Shown here piece after piece: positions 46,524 through 55,545 of a stretch of 55,764 nucleotides of DNA. This DNA is from a virus (lineage: Duplodnaviria > Caudoviricetes), in the IMG/VR virus record IMGVR_UViG_3300020201_000022, positions 1-55,764 of that record; one strand, written 5' to 3'. The first letter of the stretch is position 1, and every line of letters begins with the position of its first letter. A model generated the notes under the pieces. The model was not told where the DNA came from, made no database searches, and saw only the letters and a program-made list of their open reading frames with translations. A program made the translations under genes and the position numbers.

Positions 46524-47271
46524 GCCAATCCTGATTCTGCTGCTGCTGTGCTCGTCTGCTTTCGCGCAAGTGAAGGTTGATGTCGAACCGTTCTCCGCGA
46601 TCATCGCGAAGTCTGCGAGAGTTGAGCCCCTGGTTGATTCCGTGGCGGTCATAGTCACTGATCGAATCGCTGATCGTAGCGGAGCGTTCTTGACGATAGC
46701 TTCCGAATCGAAGTGGGCAACTCCGTATATCGATGCAAGCGGCGTGGAGATTTCTCAATCGCAGGCTGACGCAAAACGCTGGATCATGTTTGCGAAGCCG
46801 GGCAAGTATCGCGTGCAAATCATCGAATTCGACCCAGAGCGCGGACCACGATTCACGCCCGTCGAAGTCGTTATCGGCACGCCAACAAAACCCGATGAGC
46901 CCGGCACGCCCGAAAAACCCGAAGATCCAAAGCCGCCAGTCGGCGATTTTGTTGCGTTGAGAAACTCGGCGGATGAACTGGCCGACAAACTGAACGATCC
47001 GCCAACGCGAGCATCACTCGCGAAAGCCTACGAACATGCTCTCAATGCAGCGGCCGGCAAAGACTATGCTCAGTCGCGTGAGATTGTCACGATGTCGCGC
47101 TTCATCGCGCTCAACTCGCGCGAAGGTGCATCGCTCCAGAAGGATTGGACCTCCGGCTTCCTAAAGCCAATTGACGCTAAACTCTCGCAACTCGTAAAAG
47201 CCGGCGACGTGGCCGCGTACGCGCTCGCAATTACAGCGATTCAAAAAGGCTTAGTTCAAAATGCCAACTGA
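46516..47271 (+). CDS. Secreted protein with PGKY beta domain, Pro-rich linker and helical domain
   Basis: Signal peptide MFKPILILLLLCSSAFA. Confidence 0.75.
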   Translation: MFKPILILLLLCSSAFAQVKVDVEPFSAIIAKSARVEPLVDSVAVIVTDRIADRSGAFLTIASESKWATPYIDASGVEISQSQADAKRWIMFAKPGKYRVQIIEFDPERGPRFTPVEVVIGTPTKPDEPGTPEKPEDPKPPVGDFVALRNSADELADKLNDPPTRASLAKAYEHALNAAAGKDYAQSREIVTMSRFIALNSREGASLQKDWTSGFLKPIDAKLSQLVKAGDVAAYALAITAIQKGLVQNAN

Positions 47272-47566
47272 TCCAAACATTATCGGCAGTGTCCTTTCAA
47301 CGCTTGGCATTGGCGGCGCTCTGGTGTGGTATCTGTATTACACCACCAGCGTGACAATGCCGAAACGTGATGATCACTACTCGCAAACGCTAAACGAGAT
47401 CACCAAAGAGTTTACGACGTGCCTGAAGGAAGAGCGAGATTATCGACGCACTGAGATCATCGAACTCAAGGCGGTCATTCGTGAATCCAGGTGCCTGTTT
47501 ACTTTGCCAGAAAAACAGAATCAAAGAGTACAGCAAGAATCGGAATCAACTCGGAATGAACCTTGA
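47261..47566 (+). CDS. Holin-like single-TM coiled-coil protein
   Basis: LGIGGALVWYLYY TM followed by a coiled coil. Confidence 0.55.
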   Translation: MPTDPNIIGSVLSTLGIGGALVWYLYYTTSVTMPKRDDHYSQTLNEITKEFTTCLKEERDYRRTEIIELKAVIRESRCLFTLPEKQNQRVQQESESTRNEP

Positions 47567-47675
47567 CGCCCAACAATTTGCAGTGGTCGCCGTGATGCTC
47601 TGTATCCTGCTCATCACTTACGCCTGCCTCTATCGCTGGGACGAAAACTACCCGAACGATCAAGGCGCTGAATAA
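47556..47675 (+). CDS. Small TM peptide
   Basis: FAVVAVMLCILLITYACLY. Confidence 0.5.
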   Translation: MNLDAQQFAVVAVMLCILLITYACLYRWDENYPNDQGAE

Positions 47676-47721
47676 TTTTGCGGGCAACCGGCCGCATGAA
47701 ACCGTAACCCGAGCTGACCCA

Positions 47722-48048
47722 ATGCCACCACCGACCGCTCGCCCGTCGCTATGTTCAACTTGCGGCGCTCGCAAGATAGGCCGCTGCAATCGCTGCCGCC
47801 AGCCTCGCACCAATCGCAAGTCAGCGCATCAGCGGGGCTACGATCGTCGCTGGCGAACCGCGTCGCTGACCTTCCTTGCTCGGCCCGAAAACCGCACCTG
47901 TGCCATCTGCAAAAATCGCCTCGCCGAATGCGTCGACCACATCATTGACCATCACGGCGACAAAGAAACATTCTGGGACGTGAGCAACTGGCAACCCGCC
48001 TGCATCGCCTGCAACACCCGCAAAGCCCACCGCCGCAAACGCCACTAA
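47722..48048 (+). CDS. HNH endonuclease (cos-phage terminase-associated type)
   Basis: SA.QRGY..RW, C..C, VDHI..H.GD...FWD.SNWQ..C..CN. Confidence 0.92.
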   Translation: MPPPTARPSLCSTCGARKIGRCNRCRQPRTNRKSAHQRGYDRRWRTASLTFLARPENRTCAICKNRLAECVDHIIDHHGDKETFWDVSNWQPACIACNTRKAHRRKRH

Positions 48049-48101
48049 GCACCAAGCACCAAGCACTCCCCACCAAGCACCAAGCACCAAGCACCAAGCA
48101 C
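48043..48101. repeat. Heptamer tandem repeat (ACCAAGC/ACTAAGC)
   Basis: Seen directly. Confidence 0.9.
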
Positions 48102-48114
48102 GAATTTGAATTAA

Positions 48115-48615
48115 ATGGGCCAACGCGGACCGCTCCCCAAACCAACTTCAGCTCGAGCGCGCGAAGGCAACCCGCGCCGGCGTCCGCTGCCAACGGATGA
48201 ACCCAGCCCGGCAGAGATCGCTATCGACCGCCTGCCACCACCGCCGGATCATCTGACCGCCGACGCCAAGCAAGTATTCTCCGCGCTCGCCAAGCTGCTG
48301 AGCGATTCGAAATTGCTGACCGTTGCCGACGTGCTGCCCATTGAATTACTGGCCGACTGCTACACGCAATGGATCAAGGCGCTGAAGATCCGCGCCGAGG
48401 CTGGCGTGATAACGCAGATGCTGAACCGCGATGGCGAAGTAATCGGTTCATGCGAGTCCGCGGAATCGAAGCTCTGTAGATCCTTGGCCGCCGACTGCAA
48501 CCGCTGGTTCAAAGTTTTAGGCCTCGGCCCCGCCTACCGCGTCGGCTTGCGAATGACCACCGACGGAGCCGACGAAATCGAAGATCCATTGGCCGCGTCG
48601 ATAGCGAATGGATAA
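48115..48615 (+). CDS. terS: Terminase small subunit, P27 family
   Basis: RGP.PKPT.....GNP.RR, PPP.HL...AK..F, LGL.P..R. Confidence 0.9.
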   Translation: MGQRGPLPKPTSARAREGNPRRRPLPTDEPSPAEIAIDRLPPPPDHLTADAKQVFSALAKLLSDSKLLTVADVLPIELLADCYTQWIKALKIRAEAGVITQMLNRDGEVIGSCESAESKLCRSLAADCNRWFKVLGLGPAYRVGLRMTTDGADEIEDPLAASIANG

Positions 48616-48626
48616 CAAACAAAACC

Positions 48627-48657
48627 GTGCTTGGTTCTTGGTGCTTGGTGCTTGGTT
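48627..48657. repeat. Heptamer repeat (GCTTGGT/TCTTGGT) at the convergence junction
   Basis: Seen directly. Confidence 0.85.
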
Positions 48658-49066
48658 ACGCGTGCAGGATGTCGGTGGCTTCGATGGAGAGATCTAACTG
48701 GGTCGCTGTTGCAGCGGTGCCTAGTCGACTGATCCGATTGCCGGTCGCTAGATCCGCGTCGGGCACAACCTCACCAGCCGTTGCACCGACGTAATAGGTC
48801 TCTCCGACCAGCATCGTTGTGCCGACCAGAATCACACTGCCCGCCGTTGCCACGTAGCCGTAGCCGTCGGCGACGCCTGGCGTCATCGACACGCCTTTGA
48901 CCGTCGCCGCCGCCGAGCTGAGATTGTTGTCAGACAATTTTACCTTGTTGTCCGTCGCGTCCAGATAGACAGGTTGCCCGGCTGCGATCGTGGCCCCGTA
49001 TTTGTAGCGGGTGCTCTTCGTGTCGGCAGTTGGTCGAACCGCTGTAATACCAGTTAATGCCGCCAT
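48656..49066 (-). CDS. Small virion cement/fibre-like protein
   Basis: GATIAAGQPVY...L.VG.TYY...AG. Confidence 0.55.
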   Translation of the reverse strand: MAALTGITAVRPTADTKSTRYKYGATIAAGQPVYLDATDNKVKLSDNNLSSAAATVKGVSMTPGVADGYGYVATAGSVILVGTTMLVGETYYVGATAGEVVPDADLATGNRISRLGTAATATQLDLSIEATDILHA

Positions 49067-49130
49067 TTGATCCGCTCCCGAAAGTGCCTACAAAATCACA
49101 AAGAATCTACCCGTTATCAACGTTGCCAAT

Positions 49131-49619
49131 CTAAACGGCTATCTGGGACTTGTCCGACGTTTCAGCGTTCAGCAATAAACGCTCCGGCCACCAAATCGCG
49201 TAGCACTCATCCAGCGTAATGCGATTGATCCGCTTCCCCTGCTCGATCAATTCCGCCGTCACCACATCGTGCATACTCCAGCACGATTCGAAGAACGCCG
49301 GCGCGGATCCAAAATCAGGTTTCAATGCCAACCGCAACCAATTCGATTTGCACCCGCAACCCTTTTCAGGAATCCGTTTTTCCCAGTGATTGAAAAATAA
49401 CTTGGCTCTGCGAACCGACCAGTCCGCCGCGTGCTCTACTGCATACCAATGCAGCGGTGCCCAGTGATTGTATCGCGGTCCTTCGGTGACTTCCGGTTGT
49501 GGTCCTGATTGCCCTGGACCTGCACCCGCATCCCAGGCCGCTCGATACCTTGGATCTGTATCGTACAGCCGTTGCCACACTGGCGACCGATTAAGGACTG
49601 CTTGTAGTTCAGGTGTCAT
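49131..49619 (-). CDS. Erv1/Alr-like protein, paralog of 33299-33754
   Basis: HWAPLH...CGC..NW...W.MH..V. Confidence 0.6.
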   Translation of the reverse strand: MTPELQAVLNRSPVWQRLYDTDPRYRAAWDAGAGPGQSGPQPEVTEGPRYNHWAPLHWYAVEHAADWSVRRAKLFFNHWEKRIPEKGCGCKSNWLRLALKPDFGSAPAFFESCWSMHDVVTAELIEQGKRINRITLDECYAIWWPERLLLNAETSDKSQIAV

Positions 49620-50624
49620 TTAGCATTCCGTAATTACCGCTGTCCAACTGCCAGTCTCAGGCCATCCCACGCCGCCGCAAAGACACGCCAGGTCGCCATC
49701 GGTAACTTGGTACGGCCCGAACTCAAGCGAGAATGGATTGCACGATCCGGCGACTGGTGATCTCGCTACGTTGCCTCCGTTGGTCACCGTACAATCGAAT
49801 CCAAGCGGCAACAGCGTGAATGATTCCCATGTTAATCCGTCGCCGCAATTCAAAATCATCGGCCAATCGATGCCGCAACAGTTTGCCGTTCCCTCCCAAT
49901 ACGCATCAGTTCGATTCCAGCGCAGTTGAAAATCGCAGTTCAGCGAAGCCAGTCTAATGCCTGAACCTTCCAAGTGAATGTTTAGGCAAGGAGGCACGTA
50001 GTAGTCACCGCACTGGCAAACGCAACTTGGGCAACCCGGCTTAGTTTGCAGGTGATGCGCAAACTCAAAGTTGTCCATCAGAAGCGAGAGCGTAGTTGTG
50101 CCGATGCCAGCTTGATAGCCCAGAGAAATTAGCGTCGTGTCTGCCGTGACTTGCGAGGTGATTGAGAATGTTACCTGAGCACAAAATTCATTGTCGGCAA
50201 TGAACGCTGAGAATGTTCTCGCTGTTCCAGTGATTGAGCCAATGATCGCACTGTTCAGTAGCGTCTCAACTCCACCGCTAACGATGTAAAGCTGAATTTC
50301 TGAGTCGAATAAATCGTTTCGCACAAACCTTGCTAAGTGATGATTATCTTCATCAACAACATTCAAAAGCAAATCGTAAACATCGCCTTCGCTTTCTGCC
50401 ACTGTATCAACGTACACCGCCATCGAGCCCGACGGCGTTGGGTGGACTGTGTTGCAGATCGCCTTGCCGCCCGCGTCAGCACGAACTTGATTGCTGAAAA
50501 TCTCGAACGCACTTGCGGCGTATTCCGTCCAACTCGCGCCAAGTGACGCATTGTCCGCACGGTTGAAATCGTCGGCGAAGATCACGCAGCTCTCTGAACC
50601 GCAACAGCACAGTCTCGGTGGCAT
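49620..50624 (-). CDS. Cys-rich virion protein, paralog of 32297-33298
   Basis: Long identical stretches at protein level. Confidence 0.8.
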   Translation of the reverse strand: MPPRLCCCGSESCVIFADDFNRADNASLGASWTEYAASAFEIFSNQVRADAGGKAICNTVHPTPSGSMAVYVDTVAESEGDVYDLLLNVVDEDNHHLARFVRNDLFDSEIQLYIVSGGVETLLNSAIIGSITGTARTFSAFIADNEFCAQVTFSITSQVTADTTLISLGYQAGIGTTTLSLLMDNFEFAHHLQTKPGCPSCVCQCGDYYVPPCLNIHLEGSGIRLASLNCDFQLRWNRTDAYWEGTANCCGIDWPMILNCGDGLTWESFTLLPLGFDCTVTNGGNVARSPVAGSCNPFSLEFGPYQVTDGDLACLCGGVGWPETGSWTAVITEC

Positions 50625-50635
50625 TGTTCAAACTC

Positions 50636-51076
50636 CTAACATGGGTCAGCGTACAATCCGGAGTTTGCAGAACAGCAACGATTTACCGCCGCCCAGTGAA
50701 TCGGTGTCTTTTCGTCACAAGCCGCAGTGGCGTCGAGCGACAAAAATACCATCTCTGCCGCCCATACCGTGTAGCCGGTCATAACTGGCAGATCGAGAAT
50801 GCAGCCGCTGTGGTCGACGACTTCCAACTCGGTCGAAACTAAATCGTCCTGACCAGGTGGCGAGCCCTTAACCGTTACCGTCGCGACGACTAATCCGGTA
50901 TACGGTCCCGATACCGCCTCCGCAATTGAGACGACTTTGCATTCCAGCAGACTCCCCGCGCCACCGCCCTCGAACGGACGCGTGTTGTGATAGCGCCTCG
51001 GCGGTTGGTACTTGTCCTGATTTATCAGCCGCTTCAGCTTCCTCGCGGCTTCCTCGGTCAATGTGAAATCTTTCAC
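50636..51076 (-). CDS. Tail-tip adaptor, homologous to the C-terminus of the 30891 ORF
   Basis: GPYTGL.VATVT...VVDH.GC..DL...HWAA..RCC shared. Confidence 0.7.
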   Translation of the reverse strand: MKDFTLTEEAARKLKRLINQDKYQPPRRYHNTRPFEGGGAGSLLECKVVSIAEAVSGPYTGLVVATVTVKGSPPGQDDLVSTELEVVDHSGCILDLPVMTGYTVWAAEMVFLSLDATAACDEKTPIHWAAVNRCCSANSGLYADPC

Positions 51077-52098
51077 GATCCGAGAGCCCCCAGCAGTGTG
51101 AGCGTATTGAAATCAATCTCTTCGAAATCCAACCATTCGCCGTACACGACCGGATCACTCGGAGCGGCTGGTTGCCCATCGCCGTTGAGGTAAACCGGAT
51201 CTTGGATCGATCGCCCGTTCAGATCTTTCAGCGCCGCGTGCATCGGCTTGCCCGCGTCCAGCAGCGTACCAATCACTCCAGGATCACCAGGAGCCGCCCG
51301 TCGTGACGTGCCCTTGTCTTGGATCAGCCATTCCCAACCCTGCGGATCATGCGCGACTTCCACGGTGATCTCGACCAGATTGACATTGCCCCATCGCATC
51401 TTGGAAAGGTTGACTGAATCAAGCAGGGCAGTGCGAGCGGACCACAGGAAAGACTTGCCGCCAAACAGCACCGTGAAAGCGACTTGGTTTAGCGAGCCTT
51501 CGGCATCAACTAGATTGCTTGGCACTGTCGCCCGCAACCAACGGAATGTCCAGATGTACATCCGTCGGCGATGCTCTGGCGTTTCCACAAACGGCTGCAA
51601 CGCGGAATTCACCAACGGGCTTTTGCCGTCGGCATCTTCGTTGTCGACCATGTACGTGGCCGATGCGCCAGTCAACGAGTATCCATCCACGTACTTTGCT
51701 TTCACCGCTGGTTCATGCACCACCACGGTTCGCCGCTGCCATGTCGGTGACCAGTCTTCCGGATCGATCGAGCCGCTGTTCGGTGTCGGCGTTGATTGCT
51801 GATCGGGCTCGTCTTCTTCCATCTCTTTCCAGTGGACGTTGACGGTCCACAGGTAACCCTGATTGGCTTCGGATGAACAGGTGATCCGATCACAGATTAA
51901 ATAGTTACTGCCGAGTTGCTTGAGCGTTCCCTTTGGAATCGGGTTGCCGGATGATACCCACAGTTCCGCCATCTCGACTTTATCGATGCGAGCGCTGACG
52001 CGAACCAGGTACTGATCCACGTCGCTGGCCGTGGTTGCGCTGAACTCCAGGTCACCCGTCCGCAACCGTCGCTGTCTAATAATTAGGGCCATATACAA
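51073..52098 (-). CDS. Tail protein after TMP
   Basis: LVNSA..PF, D.G, P.YLNG.G pattern; position. Confidence 0.6.
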   Translation of the reverse strand: MYMALIIRQRRLRTGDLEFSATTASDVDQYLVRVSARIDKVEMAELWVSSGNPIPKGTLKQLGSNYLICDRITCSSEANQGYLWTVNVHWKEMEEDEPDQQSTPTPNSGSIDPEDWSPTWQRRTVVVHEPAVKAKYVDGYSLTGASATYMVDNEDADGKSPLVNSALQPFVETPEHRRRMYIWTFRWLRATVPSNLVDAEGSLNQVAFTVLFGGKSFLWSARTALLDSVNLSKMRWGNVNLVEITVEVAHDPQGWEWLIQDKGTSRRAAPGDPGVIGTLLDAGKPMHAALKDLNGRSIQDPVYLNGDGQPAAPSDPVVYGEWLDFEEIDFNTLTLLGALGS

Positions 52099-52102
52099 AA
52101 CC

Positions 52103-52203
52103 GTTCTTGGTGCTTGGTGCTTAGTGCTTAGTGCTTAGTGCTTGGTGCTTGGTTTTTTCCCCCCGAACCAAGCACCAAGAACCAAGAACCAAGAACTAAG
52201 AAC
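52103..52203. repeat. Heptamer repeats in inverted arrangement (long hairpin)
   Basis: (gcttggt/gcttagt)n, spacer, then (accaagc/accaaga)n. Confidence 0.85.
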
Positions 52204-52212
52204 ATGTATTAT

Positions 52213-53550
52213 TTATAAATCCACGGGGATTGGTTTGTCTTGATTGCGGACCGCATCAATCAGCCGATCGGTCGACCGCTTGGCTTCATCCAGCTTGGCC
52301 ATGTGCTCCGCTTGCCGCTTCTCCGCAGCCACTGATTCCAACTTGGCCTGTTCTTCCAAACGCCGCTGAGCCTCAATCAATTCGGCGGGTGTCTGAGGTG
52401 CCTGATTCGCCGACTCATCGAAGACTGGGAAGCGTGTCGTTGGATTCAACTGCGGACCATTGGCTTGCTGGTTTTTTAGTGCGTCCTTCTCGGCCAAGCG
52501 AGTCTGCGAATCGGCTTCGTTCTCGGCTCTCACTTCTTTCAATCGGTCCAGCATTTTTTCAGCACTGTCAAACGTCAGCGCCTCACTCGCGTCGTTAAGC
52601 GCCCCGGAGAAATCGCCGACGGCGATTCGTCCCAACACATCGAACTGAACCGTCAGCAGTTCGTACAAATCTTTTGCCAAACCAACTGCCGTCGCGAGGC
52701 CATCGACAAACCCACGCATCGCCGACTGCATCCCGCCGATTTCATTGGCCGCTGCCAGAAATTCTTCGCTAAAGATTTTGAACAGCGGCGCTAGCTCAGC
52801 CGCGCCCAACTGGACTAGCCCCTCGAAGATCACGCCGACTCTCGCCCATTGGTCGCTGGCCTCAGCCGCCGCCGCCACCTGAGCATCAGACAGGCCCAAC
52901 CACTTCGCCGCAAAGTTGTATGACTCCTCGATCGCATCCGCCCCGCCGCGCAACGCTCCGACTAAGCCAGCCGCCCCCTTGCCAAACAAATCGTAGGCGA
53001 TCGCTAGCTGTGCCGTCGGATCGCCAATCTGTCTGGTTGCTTCCGCGATCTGCTTCAGCGCTTCCACCGGACCCGCTTGCAGCAATGCGCCCGCATCCAG
53101 CCCCAATCGGTCAAGGGCTTCCTTGGTTTTGCCCGAACCAGATCGAGCCTCATCAAGACCGACCAGCAATTTTTGCAACGCGGTATCGATCGTCCCCGAG
53201 TCCAAGCCGGTCAGCTCGCCGAGGGAAAACTCCAGCCCTCGCAGCTCCGTGAAACTGATCGCCAGTTTATTGGCCACGTCCGCTTTGTCGGCGATCCTAT
53301 CCAGTTCGTCATAGACGCCGCGAATCGCGATCACTGCCGTAGCCGCACCCGCAGCCAGCGCGGCAAAACCTGCGGTCACCGCTGCTGTGATCGGTGTTCC
53401 GATGCCCGCGAAAACATCCTTCAGCCCGCCGAGTTTTCCGCCGACGCCGCCGCTGAATGCGTTCACATCACGTTGCGCCTTGCCCAGCTCCGTCGACAGA
53501 CCGTTAGCGTTGCCGGTGATTCTTAGATTCAGCGCTTCAAGCTGTGCCAT
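52213..53550 (-). CDS. Tape measure protein
   Basis: LNLRITGNA, ALDRLGL, LFGKG..GL helical repeats; follows TAC genes. Confidence 0.85.
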   Translation of the reverse strand: MAQLEALNLRITGNANGLSTELGKAQRDVNAFSGGVGGKLGGLKDVFAGIGTPITAAVTAGFAALAAGAATAVIAIRGVYDELDRIADKADVANKLAISFTELRGLEFSLGELTGLDSGTIDTALQKLLVGLDEARSGSGKTKEALDRLGLDAGALLQAGPVEALKQIAEATRQIGDPTAQLAIAYDLFGKGAAGLVGALRGGADAIEESYNFAAKWLGLSDAQVAAAAEASDQWARVGVIFEGLVQLGAAELAPLFKIFSEEFLAAANEIGGMQSAMRGFVDGLATAVGLAKDLYELLTVQFDVLGRIAVGDFSGALNDASEALTFDSAEKMLDRLKEVRAENEADSQTRLAEKDALKNQQANGPQLNPTTRFPVFDESANQAPQTPAELIEAQRRLEEQAKLESVAAEKRQAEHMAKLDEAKRSTDRLIDAVRNQDKPIPVDL

Positions 53551-53872
53551 CGGTCTGAGCCTTTTCTTTTTCCGCCGCTGCTGCCCTGTCTGCGTCTAGT
53601 CTCTCTGCGTCTAGCCTGTCTGCGTCCAGCAACGCGATCAGATCATCGTCATCTGCATCCACGCAACCCACATGCGGATAGGTGGGTCGCACGTCCTCGA
53701 ACTTTGCCCCTCGCTGCCACATCGATGCTACCGCCGCTCGATAGTCTCGCCGCGTCTCGCCCCACGGATCTATTTCATAGAGCGCCAACCAGTCGAGCAA
53801 TTCATCCGTCGTCAGATCCTGGATCAGATACCGAGGGTGTCTGTATCCGAGTTCTCTGGACAAGGCGAACAT
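53537..53872 (-). CDS. Tail assembly chaperone GT part (-1 frame)
   Basis: EL..W.A.Y..DPWG..R.D.RAA motif. Confidence 0.8.
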   Translation of the reverse strand: MFALSRELGYRHPRYLIQDLTTDELLDWLALYEIDPWGETRRDYRAAVASMWQRGAKFEDVRPTYPHVGCVDADDDDLIALLDADRLDAERLDADRAAAAEKEKAQTDGTA

Positions 53873-54228
53873 GGCTCGGACTGATTCGGCTCCGATTTTT
53901 TTTTACGTTCTTCACTCGCCCCGCACAGCTCATTGAACTCACGGACTGCCTTAGCCAGCTCGACCATTTGCGACGGATGCCGAAGCAACCAACTTCGCCC
54001 GCGTTCGTTATCAAATACACCAGGCCCGTTTTCGTCCCCGATTCCCAACTGGCATTCACGCAACGAATAGGGAATCATTTCTTCCGCCGAAGCGTGCGGC
54101 AACCGCATCAATTCAAAAACCTGTTGAGACTCAAGTCTCCACAGATAAAGGCCACCAGGCCAACCCTCAATTTCGAGTTTACGCTTAACCGGAAACGCGA
54201 CTTCTAACGCAGCCAACAATTCAATCAT
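53824..54228 (-). CDS. Tail assembly chaperone G with slippery site A AAA AAA (53896-53904)
   Basis: N.L...EE.KKK end; the -1 frame opens right after a TAA at the A9 run. Confidence 0.8.
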   Translation of the reverse strand: MIELLAALEVAFPVKRKLEIEGWPGGLYLWRLESQQVFELMRLPHASAEEMIPYSLRECQLGIGDENGPGVFDNERGRSWLLRHPSQMVELAKAVREFNELCGASEERKKKSEPNQSEPCSPCPENSDTDTLGI

Positions 54229-54233
54229 AGTTC

Positions 54234-54262
54234 CACCAAACTAAGCACTAAGAACCAAGCAC
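54234..54262. repeat. Heptamer repeat upstream of TAC
   Basis: ctaagcactaagaaccaagcac. Confidence 0.75.
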
Positions 54263-54269
54263 GCATTTA

Positions 54270-54572
54270 TTATTTATCCAATGAACATCGAAGACAAACC
54301 GCCGTGGTGATCAGTGCGCGACACGTCGGGCACCGATGCTCTCTGACCGTATCCGATTCAAACGGCAGGACCTCGCGTCGAATCTCAGCGATCAGTGATC
54401 TATTGCGGCCAAGCTCGCGTTCGAGTTCACGCAAGGGCCTATTGTCACTGTCCAGTAGAAAGCGTCGGATGTTTTGCTTTTCTTCATCCGTCGCAGGCTT
54501 ACGCGGTCTCGGCGTCAAATCCGCTGACCAACGGTAACAAGAGCTGTAATGAATGCGGGTGATCCCCGCCAC
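54270..54572 (-). CDS. HTH plus Zn-ribbon protein
   Basis: LRELERELGRNRS.I..IR; CPTC...CLRC. Confidence 0.65.
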   Translation of the reverse strand: MAGITRIHYSSCYRWSADLTPRPRKPATDEEKQNIRRFLLDSDNRPLRELERELGRNRSLIAEIRREVLPFESDTVREHRCPTCRALITTAVCLRCSLDK

Positions 54573-54891
54573 TGCTCTGAACGTCCGACCGCTTGCGATC
54601 AGCAGTCTTACGCGCCGAACTCGGCTTTTTTTTTTCGACTTCCGAGGCCGCGAAATTATTGACGATGGTCGCCGCGATCAATTGAGATGGTTCAATTCCC
54701 GTCAGCGCCGAAGTCTGCTCGAAATGGTCGACGATCGATTGCGGCAGATCCAACGTCCACGGATCGTTGATTGTGATCCTGCCAGTGCTACCAGTGCTGC
54801 TACTCAGATTCGATGCCGACCCTGCGAAATTTCGGTTGGGCAGGACTCTTTGGACTGCCACGCGGTTGAGATCTCGGCTTTCGTTTTCCAT
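54499..54891 (-). CDS. Hypothetical protein
   Basis: 130-aa ORF overlapping its neighbours. Confidence 0.45.
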   Translation of the reverse strand: MENESRDLNRVAVQRVLPNRNFAGSASNLSSSTGSTGRITINDPWTLDLPQSIVDHFEQTSALTGIEPSQLIAATIVNNFAASEVEKKKPSSARKTADRKRSDVQSSGGDHPHSLQLLLPLVSGFDAETA

Positions 54892-55339
54892 TTTGGAGCA
54901 CGTCCTTTGCGTTGTTTGTTTGGTCCGACCACCCCGGCAAACTGTCCACTAGCTGTTGATCCTTCACCGCCGAAAGCCGCAACGTGATACCACGTTTCCG
55001 CCGCCTTTCGCCCCAGAAGCGAAGAACGCACACAACTTGACAATCATTGTACAACACACCCGCCGACTGTAGCGAGTCCCACAGTGCCTTCTCGTAATTG
55101 TCCAGATCGCAGCTCTGCCCGTTGGGGTGCAGGACCAGCACCGCCGCCACCGGCCCTAAGAATTTCGGTAACCGCATCTGTAGGCAAAGGGCCTGCACCT
55201 CGGTTCGGTATCGCTTGGCCTCCGCTGAAAGATAGACTCCGCCGCTATGATGGCCCCAGTATTTATTGACCGACGGCGGCATAGGAAAGACTGCTTCCGC
55301 CGACTGGTCAGACTTCAGAAACTCAAGCCATCGTTCCAT
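54800..55339 (-). CDS. rusA: RusA-family resolvase
   Basis: PPSVN.YW, DLDN..KA..DSL..AG...ND.QV. Confidence 0.9.
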   Translation of the reverse strand: MERWLEFLKSDQSAEAVFPMPPSVNKYWGHHSGGVYLSAEAKRYRTEVQALCLQMRLPKFLGPVAAVLVLHPNGQSCDLDNYEKALWDSLQSAGVLYNDCQVVCVLRFWGERRRKRGITLRLSAVKDQQLVDSLPGWSDQTNNAKDVLQNGKRKPRSQPRGSPKSPAQPKFRRVGIESE

Positions 55340-55357
55340 CGCTCGGCCTATGAAAAA

Positions 55358-55495
55358 CTAGCCAACAACCCGCAACTTGAACGGCTCCCCGCTCATTGTC
55401 TCAGCGACATTCAAAACGTGTCGGTACAGATAACAGAGCGCCGAGAACGCTTGCACCCGGATCATTTCATACAGTTGCGTTTTCAACTCACTCAC
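55358..55495 (-). pseudogene. Probable internally deleted integron integrase remnant (45 codons)
   Basis: GGAGA RBS, GTG start; SELKTQLYEMIRVQAFSALCYLYRHVL resembles the IntI N-terminus joined to the QALxALxFLYxxVL motif; adjacent to the attI-like site. Confidence 0.6.
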
Positions 55496-55510
55496 GTTTT
55501 CGTCTCCGTG

Positions 55511-55545
55511 TTATTTGCGCTAAACTGACCAATAAGTTGTTACTC
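55511..55545 (+). mobile_element. attI-like site of element 2
   Basis: TTATT-TGCGC-N10-AATAAGTT-GTT, matches the reverse complement of 43029-43062. Confidence 0.6.

Larger units (their letters stand above)
1..47196 (+). mobile_element. Tailed phage genome A (probably circular, ~47,069 bp), Mu-like head genes, RecET/Rep replication, no recognisable integrase or transposase
   Basis: Terminase, protease, capsid, portal, MuF, tail, recombination and replication genes, nearly all on the + strand; terminal direct repeat 1-127 = 47070-47196. Confidence 0.85.

Noticed and set aside
32297-50624. Diversity-generating retroelement TR/VR pair
   Set aside because: No reverse transcriptase seen; differences span whole genes and are not adenine-specific.
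8586-53600. Many antisense and alternate-frame ORFs in the track
   Set aside because: Shadows of real genes in GC-rich DNA, with no motifs or RBS support.
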